DNA of 64,000 bases from Raillietiella orientalis (Eukaryota), in assembly GCA_036172245.1 (NCBI GenBank), contig JAYWIR010000023.1, positions 2,666,001 through 2,730,000 on the forward strand, written 5' to 3'. Made by a program: the position numbers and the translations under genes. Below, piece after piece: positions 50,950 through 62,000 of this stretch. Numbering within the stretch: the first letter of the stretch is position 1; each line of letters begins with the position of its first letter. Under the pieces are notes generated by a model. It ran no database searches. It was not told the origin of the DNA and saw nothing but the letters and a program-made list of their open reading frames with translations.

Positions 50950-52240
50950 TTTTTTCAGGATGAGCTACTAATCTCAAATCAGTAATCCTTCCAGGGCAGA
51001 ATTCAACATAGAGTAGAGTGAGTAGTGAGTGCAACATAGAGTAGCAGCCGTCCTGGTGACGGAGCCACAATCCCACCGCGCCACAATTCAAGGGTGTTTT
51101 GACACTAAGAAGCGTGACCACGCAAGCCTGCAGGTCCCACTTCACTTTTTCCACATTCTGCATTTTCTGTGCTCCGGATCACATCAGATACCTCTCGTTG
51201 GCGACCGACGGCACCTTTATTTAACTGTCCTATTACTTGACTGTTTTCTCGACTTTCAGGCAGACCTTCGGAGTAGTGACACTTTGCCAAGAAAAAAAAA
51301 GGCAACTTATTTCCGGTTACTTCGCTTACTTCAGAAATCCAGCAAGACCAAAGCCATTGCAGTGCTTTTTTGAATACCACCTCTCGGAGAGACTGCTCGG
51401 CTAGATGCTTGACGGCGACATCTGGAGAGGACAGCAGCTCGAAGAAACTGTCGATGATGAAGGTGTCGGCTTCATCGGACAGACGCGTCAGTCCAAGACA
51501 TCCCTTCCTCATACCCCCCTGCAGGTATTGGATCCACTGCTCTCGAAGGAAGGTGAGGAAACCCAATGGTCATCTAAATCGATGGTCTGAGCGATTATCA
51601 GGCAGCTTTCTCCAGCCTATTCAAAGATCCAGCCGTAAATTGCGGGCAGAGTACGGAAAACCTATGTGAACGTAATCAACTTGATGCGAAGAGTGCACGC
51701 CAAGAAGTCACGGTTCAAAATTCAACGCTTGTCTTCGTTTTGTATTCGCGTCCTCACATCCTCCTTTCCGGTTTCCAGTCACACGGAGAAGAATAGGACG
51801 GAGGATACTCTGAATTGCATTCGGAAGCGAAGTGCTGGTGACAAACATCACTTGGAAAGATGCACATAGCGTGCGGCCCGAGGAGAACGCGAAAGTGACC
51901 CGACTTGGTAGTAGTTCCTTCGTGGCTCGCTGGAGAACCCACGAGTACTGAGATCGCAAAGTACCCAAACCCAAAGTACTGAGATCTGGAAAACAATCCT
52001 TCGGAGCATCAAATAGAGTCGCCATCAGTGTCATGCAGTTGACTGCCCAAGCATGAGCAAAAGCAAGAGGTTAACCTGAGGTCCACGCCTCCAGCGCCTT
52101 CAATGAAAGTGAGAGCTCGAAGAACAAGTCCACCACGCCGAAGTTGTGGTTTCGATGTCTGCAGAAAACGGAAATGCAGGGCTCGGAGCAGCACTTCCCC
52201 AGATGTACTGACAGCCGGTCGGGAGACAGATTTCGAATTC
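50950..52240 (-). mobile_element. Decayed Utopia/NeSL-like (R2-superfamily) non-LTR retrotransposon RT/thumb fragment
   Basis: ORF 51105-51566: YLQGGMRKGCLGLTRLSDEADTFIIDSFFELLSSPDVAVKHLAEQSLREVV matches the Utopia/NeSL thumb pattern (YL..GCLG...DEAD...IDSAF.LL.SPD..V..LA...L...V). Upstream degenerate CASF and W.KLD motifs. Confidence 0.65.
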
Positions 52241-55200
52241 ATACCCTGTCTTTTTAGATCATGACTTTTCTTACTTCTTACATGATGTGGCTTTATTTTC
52301 CTGAAGAATCGGTTGGTAGAGTGACGTATGTGTTTCCCAATCGAGGTGCTATCCGCCCTCGAAATCCGGTGTGGTTCGAGCCTCCATATAACCGAACACT
52401 GCTTTCCCTTGCTAACTGAAGGCTTTTCGGAAGATTTTGCCAGTCGGTCATCACCGCATCACCCTATTGTTCGCATATTCCATTCGTGTTCGAGTGTGTG
52501 AATTGAGTGTCAAAACCGCAGGTGAGAAATCATCAACTTTTATAAATGTTTTTTAACACGAATTTTGTTGCCTGTCAGGTACATGTGGTCTGATGTCAAT
52601 ATTGATTCACTTCTCATCTCCGCCTGTCTTCACATCTTCGATACTGCATAGCCGAGTTTCTTGCTCTACATTATCCTGGATCACCTTTAGTTCTTCCACT
52701 GCTGAGGGAATTCAATAGTAAGCCCGTTTACAAGATCCATGCATGGTGAGCAACATTTAGTTCACCTTCTGCATTTTCTTCTCGTCTGGCTACAGGAATT
52801 TACTTTTGCTTTCAACAACAGGAAATATACTGGTAGCCTGCCGCGTGTGCTTCTGCAAAGGAAGATCAGCTAATCGAACGAATGCTTTTCGTTAGTTTCT
52901 GAGTTCTTGGAACCGTTGGTCTTCCTGCTATTCCATTTACTTTGGAAACCTCTAGTCAAGCTTGTGCTAAAGTTTGCGCGTACGTTGAATTCAACACGAA
53001 GGTACCATCTGAAAGATTTTTCTCAAAGTACAGCTTATCCAGCTCATCTAAAGATGTCAGGGTAGTCACTTGAACTCACTGCAGTAGATAACGAACTTCA
53101 AATTAAATTTGCTAAAAAATCCAAATGTCTCATTCAGTCGTTTTTCAGATCTGAATTGCTTTCTATTCCTAACTGACCATCTCTCCTCATTGGTCAAGAT
53201 GCCACAAGAGTTGTGGATTTTTCCATTTTGCTATAAATTCTGACGAAGATATTTCAGTACCAGTATTTTGCATATCATCCACCACATCCACCATTTTGTG
53301 TATTTATTGCATTTTTCAGGCATTTTTCGAATACGAAACCTTTTTTTTTGTTAATAAAGGAGATAGAAATAATTATCGGTGAAAACACGCTGATAATATT
53401 GTGCTCTTTATATACCTGGTGTACGCTCTATGATGACAATGATTCTGTTACATCTTTCACATAATAATGAGATCATCAGTAAAAAAGCAAAAAGGAAAAC
53501 AAATTATCGTCTTCGTATGTCTAGTACCTGTTGTATAGTCCAGACCTCAAATTCGGAGATTTCCCAATGCCATGGGCACTTTGCGAAATTCCAAAAGTCA
53601 TGGATTTCTTCGACGGTTACCACTTTGAAGTTTGCAATTCGCTACGGGCTAGTGGCTAGGAAGACTTGACGACGACGATGCAAAGAGGGTGTCAAAGTTG
53701 GCATGCAGTCTGATTTCGTGTGGTAAGTTAAAAATACATCTGATTCAGGACTGACTGCGGAGTTATGGATGTCTTTCCCAGAGGGATCTATTTCTTCATC
53801 TGTATCCCAACGCGGCTGATTGACCGGATTGAATTTAACACAGGATAGCTGGCGAGGAAAGTTGTTTAATGTCCCTCTTCAGAATATGACGCGAAAAAAA
53901 CTTTGCAAACAAGAATCTGTCAACCCTGGAACAAATGAGCAAATGGATCCAGCATCCACCGCTGACTGTTTCCAATTCCTCTCGTCCAAGCGAAGTGCTG
54001 TGCTTTCCAGAATGTTCCACTCACCGAGCCTACAGAGATGGTCCGTGTGCCGGGTCATCTCTACACCTAAATTGCAGCAGAGAAAGCTCGGCCTCAAAAG
54101 GTTGGCCGCGAGGATCTTACAAACATATTAAGAATGGCAATTCGTCAGTGCAGTCTCCAAATTAGCTAAATGCAAACGGAGAGCTCCTTCTTCGTTTTCA
54201 TCCGAAGGGCTCTTTAGATAAACACTCACCTGATCATTCTAGTCGATGCTCATGTCTGCGTGTCTGCAAAAAAGTCATGCCAAGGTGAGTTTAGTTTTGC
54301 AAGAGCTCATTTGTCACCAACGCAACGTAGTCGTTTTCGCAGCTTTGACAGCGAAGTGCTTGGCTTCACGTCGTCTCGCACCGGTCGCTATAGCCGAAGA
54401 GAAGGATTATCCCAGTTTCTTGTCGCTCCTGCAAGCAGTTTTTGCGATCCCTCTACCAAAAATGATTGCACGAGACCTACAAGCCATTTTTCTCCTTTTC
54501 CCCTCCTCCCTGAGGTCTCACAAGAATGTGGTCACGATACGACGAACGCTTGGCCCAGAACCCGACTTGGTTCGCGTGCCTTAATGACATAGAAACGGCC
54601 ATGCCTTCGGGAAGGGTGTTTTCAGAGATGCTAGAGGGTCGATTGAGCACAAGGCCCCATGAACGGTTCCCCTAGAACGGTTAAGAGGGAATATCTTTCT
54701 TTCGGATCCATGTTCTCCGTTCCCAAACCCTGATCCGCTTCATCTTTTCGGCTCGCAATCTTCTCTGGCAGCAATGAAAGCTGGGTTCTATGAGGACGTC
54801 AGGAACTTCACAGCCTACATGCGCCAGTGAGTCTTTGCTTTAGGAATAGCTTTCCGAAGACGAAAAAACTGTTTTTGTTGCCTTTTTTTTTTTCCTCTTG
54901 CTTTTCGAGATAGAGGGATAGGATTTCCTCTGAGATCCTCACACATGTGCTTGGAAAAGCTTCGTTGAAGATGGCTGAACGAAGATTTGTGGAGGATTTG
55001 GTTAAGATAGCATAGTCCATTTAGTGGAAAAAAAAAAATACTGCCACAATGATTATTGAAGGGGCTTCTGCAAAAAGATCCTGCGAGTGCTTATGAGCAC
55101 ATGTAATAAATAGTATAGCTGTTAGCATTATAAACATGATTTATACCCCACGCTAGCACAAAATGACTGCACTTACGTGTAATATGGTAAGGAACTCCCG

Positions 55201-56219
55201 GAAGAGTAATAACTATGTGCTCCAAATGGAATCATTATGAGACGTTAAATACTTCTCGACAAGTCCTTTCAATAAAAAGTCCGATAAACACCGATAATGA
55301 TTCGTAATTCCTTCCTTCCTTCCATTTATTTTTATTATTTTTTTTGAAAAATAGAATTGCGGAATATAAAATGCAACCTCGCATTTGTTTTTAACTGGTT
55401 TGCTTTTCTTGCTCTTCCTCGAGACCCTGGTTTCCCTTCGGGATGTATTAAAACTTTCATGTTTTCGAAGTAGTCACAGCACGTAACTTTGTATCCTTTG
55501 ACACCCATTTGCTTACTGTTTGATCTCGATTGAAGTCCCCGTGAGGAAAACAGCTCACATTCCCAGGGAAATCGTCTCCGTTTCCAGACAGGCATTCGCA
55601 TGATTTTCATATGGATCGCATTAGGCAAGGTGAGGTGCAGCTTATTCCTCCTGAGATGGATCGGATATTTTGGGCTTCAAGACGTGAATGCTGAGAACGA
55701 CGCTGCAAAAGAATCCCGCCGTGGAGTAAACCTTTCGGGAACACGGAGAGAAACAACGACGAACTCGTCAACATGGAGCCCCTGCTGGTTAGTACCGAAT
55801 GCAGGTGCCTTTATCGAGCAAAAGCATCAAGTTCTCTTGTCGAAACGCCAGCAATGGGTCCAGTTGCTTCCTGCTCAGGTTGCAAGGTTCCCCGCTCCGT
55901 GCAATCCTATGGAGCTACTTTCGAGTGGATGCACGTTCCACATTTCGGTAGGAAATCCCCTGAGATCCTTTCCATCTCTTCCCTTTAAACAAATGCGCTA
56001 TTTTTTTGTTCACTGTTGTTTTAAACGTATTCCTCCTCTGAACGTTTTCTGTTATTTGCCTCTTGAAAGAAAACAAACAAAAAGCAGGATCATTCTAATT
56101 GCCGACGCCTTCCCGAAGGTCTCGTAGGTTTCGGAGATCTTTGAATCTTCTCGATCTAAGCATGGGACCGTCTTCCTATCCATACACTGGGTACTGGTGA
56201 GTAAGCATCAGCATTAAAG

Positions 56220-58200
56220 ATGCACGTGGCAAAAGGGCGGGAGCACAGGAAAGCACCGGAAGTCATCCAAACGAAGCTTCTCAACGTGCGGAAACGGAAA
56301 GCTCTGTTTGAGTTCCATGTGCTGTTTAGAATTATGCTCCCTTGGGAATCACTGGTGAGAGCATCAACCACGATCAGATCCACTTGTAACAGATTCTGCT
56401 CCTTCTTCAAACTCCCAAGCAAGAGACACCCATATGCGAAAATCTCCTCCCGAAAGAATAGAAGGCATCAAATGTTATGGTACACAGTTAAAGTATTTGA
56501 GTTAATGAAAACTCGGAAGGTATAGATCAGACGACTGCTACAGATACCTGAGCCTCAGCAAAGTGCCGAAGAGACGAGAAACGTGGACTGCGAGTGCAGC
56601 AGAGGAAGCTGATCCAAAGAAGGCAGTGGAGCACTCGGAAAGCTTTCAGATGAGCGAAGCAGAAAGAAAAGCATCCAGTGGTTTGGATCCATTGAACAAG
56701 TCACTTTATTTGGCGATGGAAAAGATAATTTCTTCCACAAATCCCGTGTCGGAAGCTTTGTGGTTAAGGCTTTCGCGCGTGGCACCATGAGCCGCGGGCT
56801 TCGAATACTCCGGCAGAAACTGACGCCACTGCGTCGTTGGGTTCCGAGTTTCCCCTGCAAGATGGCGCTGGTTGGCCTAATCATTCGGGCATGGCACCGG
56901 CGGTGAATTAAGCCAGAGGCCCCCGATGAAGACCGAAACAATGGGAGTCGACCTTCGAGTCCTTCCAGGAATCAAGGAGTGGGGAGTTCCCCCTCCGGTC
57001 GTACAACGGAGAGCAAATCCCCCCACACCGGGGGGACCCCTCCGGTTTCAAGATGGAGCAGGAGCCTTCACAGGCACCCATCCAGTTGCTTAAAGGAGCG
57101 AACTCTCCCCCTATTTCGAGGTAGACCCTCAAGTAGCCGTCTCTCCAGAAGAGTGCAAGGGAGCAAGAGAGAGCGATCTCCCTGAGGGAAGCTGCAGCGC
57201 CACTTCTGAGTTTCGGAAATGTCCCTTCGTAGTTTTCTTCAGAGGAGTGAACAGGAGCGGTTCCCTTATGGGTTCCCTCCGGAGAAGAAATCCCTACTAG
57301 CGGTTCCCTTCGGAGAAGTTGAAATGGAGAGGACAACCCCTCCCCATTGGGGAGGATCCCTCCGGAGAGAATGAGGAAGGAGATTCCCTTCGGGGTTCCC
57401 CTTCGGAGACAACCAGGGTGGAAGGTGCGATCTCCCCCCCCCCATCCGGGGGGATTTCCTCCCCAAGCGTGAGAGGAACGGACTGCGAGCCCTTCTGGAT
57501 TCCTAGGGCGGACCCCCATCCCGGGGTGTTCCCTATCCTGAAAAATTAGTCGATCCCCTGCGGGGTTGTCGCAGGGGAGAGGCGTGGAAACAAAACAGTG
57601 TGTTTAAAAGAGACACGTGAGCCGCGAGGCACGCGACCGGCTCTGAGGTACTTATCGAACCAAGAAAAAACTCTTGAAAAAAAAAAAAAAGCTGGAAGGA
57701 AAACAGCGAAGACAGAAGAAAAAGAAGAACCCAAGGATTTCCATCGTCCTAGGTCAATCGTAACGATCTCCTCGTGGGGTCGCTACTGGCCTTTTTTTTG
57801 AAAAAAAATAATTTCTTCATGGCGACGGAAGTTGTCTTCATGAAGAAATTTCGCGCCGTCATTGTTCAGTAAGGAGCGCAGAAGACTTTGAGATTTCTTA
57901 AGAGATTACACGCCAGCACTCGATCGATCATGAATGAAAGCTGATGGAGACAGCACACATTGGATCGTCAATCTTTTCATTCGCCGTGCATTTTACACGG
58001 AGTGTGAGACACTGTAGCAAAGATTGCTCGAAGCCTTCATGTCTGGTCAGAGAGACAGCGAAAGCATGCAAAGTCAGCATATTGCATTTGCACGGCGTGA
58101 CATCAGCAGCGGTTCCTGAAAGTGAGTTGCCCCTCTGGTTGCGAAAGGGCTTCGGATGAAGAGTGTTTTCCCAATTCGGGACGATTTCTCTTCCAAGACG
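56220..58200 (+). mobile_element. Decayed RTE-clade LINE reverse transcriptase, split by SINE copy B
   Basis: KAPEVIQTKLL, FK...KNRRHQMLWYTVKVFE, LYLAMEK before the insertion. After removing the SINE and one TSD, the frame continues FSKERRRL*DFLRDY, SFAVH..VR, AF..DI..ESEL. Confidence 0.55.
56736..57807 (+). mobile_element. ~1.07 kb tRNA-headed SINE-like element, copy B
   Basis: A-box-like TGGTTAAGG (56761-56769) and B-box-like GGGCTTCGAATAC (~56796-56808). T8 run then A-rich end. Exact TSD ATAATTTCTTC at 56725-56735 and 57808-57818. Homologous along its length to 48366-49347 on the - strand (identical blocks of 25 nt and 27 nt). Confidence 0.75.
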
Positions 58201-58419
58201 CCAATCTGAGATTTCATTCTTTCCATCCATGAAATTCTCTTCAGGTTCGTTCCTTCCGAAGTTGGGAATAGGAGATCCCCAGCCAAGATTAGATCAGAAT
58301 TGAAACTCGAACAATGACGATTGCTTATTTATGTATTTTATTTGTTTATGGCTGAGCTGCTCCGCTATGCTGTGGGGTCACCTTTTTTTGTTTTAAATAA
58401 AAAATTAAAATAATTCACA

Positions 58420-59050
58420 CACATCTCTTGCAGCCGTCTCGACTACGACTTTGCTCGCAGACTCAGTCCTGTCCAAGTATCCGCGAGCACTGCCATAGCC
58501 TACTGAGAGAAGGCAGATCACGATTTGGACTGGAATGCGGGGGTGGATCACAACAGCTTCGTCGCTTCCGTCGGTGGCTCGTGGTTTCCTTTCCAGGATT
58601 GCTGCTTCGGCTGCTCTCACTCCACGCGCGATGGGCTTGATGCGTGGAGGCAGAGCTCGCTTCCTTTTGTGAGATCGTGCCTGCACCTTTGCAGAAGAGG
58701 GCCCACTTGATCCAGCTTTTCCTCTTCCTCTCGAACCTCCCTCTTCTGTAACAGAGGTCGGATTTGCCACGTGCTAGTCGTGATCCACCGATCGATAACC
58801 GCGTTCGCTTTCTCGTGGAACTCTGCAAGAGGAATTGGCAGTTCCTTTTTCGTGTCGGTTGTTCGAGAAGTAGAACAGCCAGTGCGTCTTTCTCCTCCTT
58901 ACATTCCAGTGTGTGAATCATGCATCCGTTCCAGAGAAACGTGATGCTGTTTTCACAGGAAGAGGTTCCCAGTTCCAATGTGGTGCCGTTTGTGATCCCT
59001 CAAACGTACTTGGAGTTCCCAGTGTGATTGAAGGCGAGTTTGCAGCCGAA
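58420..59050 (-). mobile_element. RTE/BovB-like 3'-end remnant
   Basis: RLARGK...RFERK, W...KGA, RRKRR...WQCSRILG resemble the BovB-type C-terminal region. Confidence 0.3.
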
Positions 59051-62000
59051 TGTTGAAGCTGATGGAAATGATGCAGTATCAAACAGTGTTTAAAAACAAT
59101 GGCGATAAGTAAAACAACCTGAAAATGTATACATTTCAGAACAGAAGCAGATTTCTATGAGTTCTTCTTCCCTGTGGACCACCACGGAAGACTGTGCAAG
59201 GGTTCTGTTTCAGCCAGCCTATGACTCTGTGAGTCCTCATCCGCTCATCGGCCTTCGTACACCAATAGGTACCATTCCATCAGGAGCTCTTCTGTGCTCT
59301 GATGTTGGGTTGCGTGACCTACTGGCTGCAATGAGACGTTTCGCAGTTTTTGTTGGTGCAGTGGGGTCTCTCATCAAGAGAAGCGTCCTCAGAACTCGAA
59401 GGGGAGAATCCAGGAGGAATGCAAGCACCGTGGGCCAATTGAGTGCTCCTTGCACGAATTTTCAGAACAGACATGGAGAAGCATGGATTGACCGCAGAGT
59501 TGTTTAGAGCGATTCTCGAGACTGATTTTGAGATTCACTCTCTCGTTATGAGGCTCGCTGATATGAAAGCACTGCCTCGTTGCATTTACAGTTAAATAAG
59601 GGAAATTCGTGATCGATGACTTACTGTTAAACAAGGGGGTCCGACATTGCACAGGATGTTGGTTTTCGAGTGCTGCAAGTTGAGAGGCACATGTAAGGAA
59701 TGCAGTGAGATTAGTGCACTTTGTTGAGGGAACTCTTTTTTTCCGAAACTGAAAAAAATAAATAAAAAAAAACTGGCTATTATAAATTTTAAATTCAACC
59801 CTCTATAAGTCCGTGTGACTTTGAAGTCACACCAGTATATCTTACTGATATATTTAATTTTTCTACAGCAAGGTGGCATATACATCTTGCTGTATAACGT
59901 CCCCTTGGTAATCAGTAACAGTCTCGGTAGCGGATATCAACTCCAACCCGAGATATCGAGGTAAATGCTTTGGCGAGTTGCCTGTAGATAAAAGTTGTGT
60001 GAACCATCCTGTGAAGTTGTCATGATTTTTTGTGCTATCGGTGTTTTGATAAACAAGAAAAAGCCTGCGTAATAGCTCTTGATCTGTGTATCAATAATCT
60101 CTTATTTGTTTGCATATTTAAACAGTGATTTTGTTATTATTTTCACATGATATGGCTTTGTGACTTTCAAATCACAACGAGCTATAATGGTAGGATAATG
60201 CATGTGTTTTCTTATTTTTTGAGTTTTATATACTAGTGGTCTAAAATATGAATACCAAAGCATAATAAAAGAGTAGTAAGAATGAGCAGCCTTAGCGGTA
60301 ATAGAAACCTTGCGATCAATTTCATGAGAAGTGCAGTGAAAGCGGCCCATGTCCCAAGACAAACTCTTGAGAGTGCTTAAGAAAGTTGTGCCAGATGATT
60401 CGACGAAACCCAGTGAGCCACATCTTTTATCTTCATCCCTCGTCCTTGGACGCCTCATGCCGCCGACGCAAGACTCTAGAAGCCCTCCGGGGACAGTTGC
60501 TATCGAGTGCCTGGTCTACATTCTTCCTTCATTGACTATTTACCCATTGGCATTCTCTATTCATATTCCACCCTTCCCATTTCTTGTTCAAGTAGAGGAC
60601 CCCGACTGACTCACAAGGTCTGAGACAGGATCACATGCTGTGCAAGCCAGACATTTTGGTGAGTTTTGTTACAATCAGTTCACATAGAATAACGTAAATC
60701 GACCGTGATCCTGTATAAGCAGTATGAGAAGACATCATGAAATTTGTCACATGACCTAGAAGTGGTCTCTTCGTCATTTTTGCTTACAGGTGCTTCATCT
60801 GATTGCTGAAGGTTACATACATCCTTACAGTTCCCACCTCGCTAAGATTGATGCCTCGAGGGTCCTCCGATTGGAGAGTCATATATAGGATGCCACATTT
60901 CTGTGTGATTATCATCGACGGAAAGCACTTCCGGAGATGGAACTTTCCTTTCCTCACGAGACCGCCAATGGCATCTCCCTGAGACAAATGGTAAAGTTCC
61001 AAAGCAAGCAAAATCATTCAAAAGTCCGCGATTTTTTTCTTCCCTCTGTTAAGCTGACTTCCATTTTCTTCAATCTTCAACATCCTATAGGTTCCACTCG
61101 TAACTTCTCATGCCTGTCCAAGAATGCAGGAGAGTGCTCATATCTCAGAGAACTGGGATGCCGTCGAAGGCGGGTGCTTTCCCCAGGCAAAACGAAAGTA
61201 GCTGAAACAGAGAACGAATACCTCAACAGCCGGTTAAGAGGAAATGGCACCTGGAGCGATTTGGAGACACCGAATAATAACCGGAGGAGCAAAAGTGTAA
61301 AGAGAGCACAAACTTCACACTTTGCGTGAACTGTGGCAAAACTTATATTCGAGACATGTCAGTGCTACCGAGACGTGCTTAAACGCCATTCCTCTTTCCC
61401 TTACGTACCCATGTTTCAATTGCCTATTACAACTGCCCATGAGTATAGGCAATTACTACTAATACGGAATTACAGAAGAGCAAGTTCCCACTTGATCGGC
61501 TCCTGTAGTTCAGTAGATGATGAAGTAGCTAAATACAACTGTTCATGTTGGAGGCACTGTTTCATTATTTTGGGGCTTTCTCTGATGTGCAGCTTTTAAT
61601 TTCGGTTTTGTTTTCCCTTCCAGATATGAAAGGAATTTTCTGGGAACATATGTTTAAACTGAGGGATAGCCATTCTCTTTTGGAACTACTCAGTTTGCAT
61701 TCGTTTCAAAAATCTTTTAAGCTTGCTTTTCGTTTAGACCAACTCAGATATGGTGACCAAAATTAATATTTGTTAATAAAACCAAAAGGCAGGACAATTA
61801 AAAAATTACAATTTAATACCACCAATATATCATACATTAATAGTTATTAGGACAGTGACACATCATATGCATTTTAAAAACAAAATTAAAAATGCTTCTA
61901 ATATTTATATATATTTTCAAGATTATTTGCTGTGACCGCGACAGATGGCCTGCTTGAGGTGAACACCACTTGACTGACATATGCATACCATCAAAACTGG

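Noticed and set aside
56915..56955. CCGATGAAGACCGAAAC as a hammerhead ribozyme core in the SINE
   Set aside because: The core is CCGA not CTGA, stem II cannot form, and the motif is absent from copy A.
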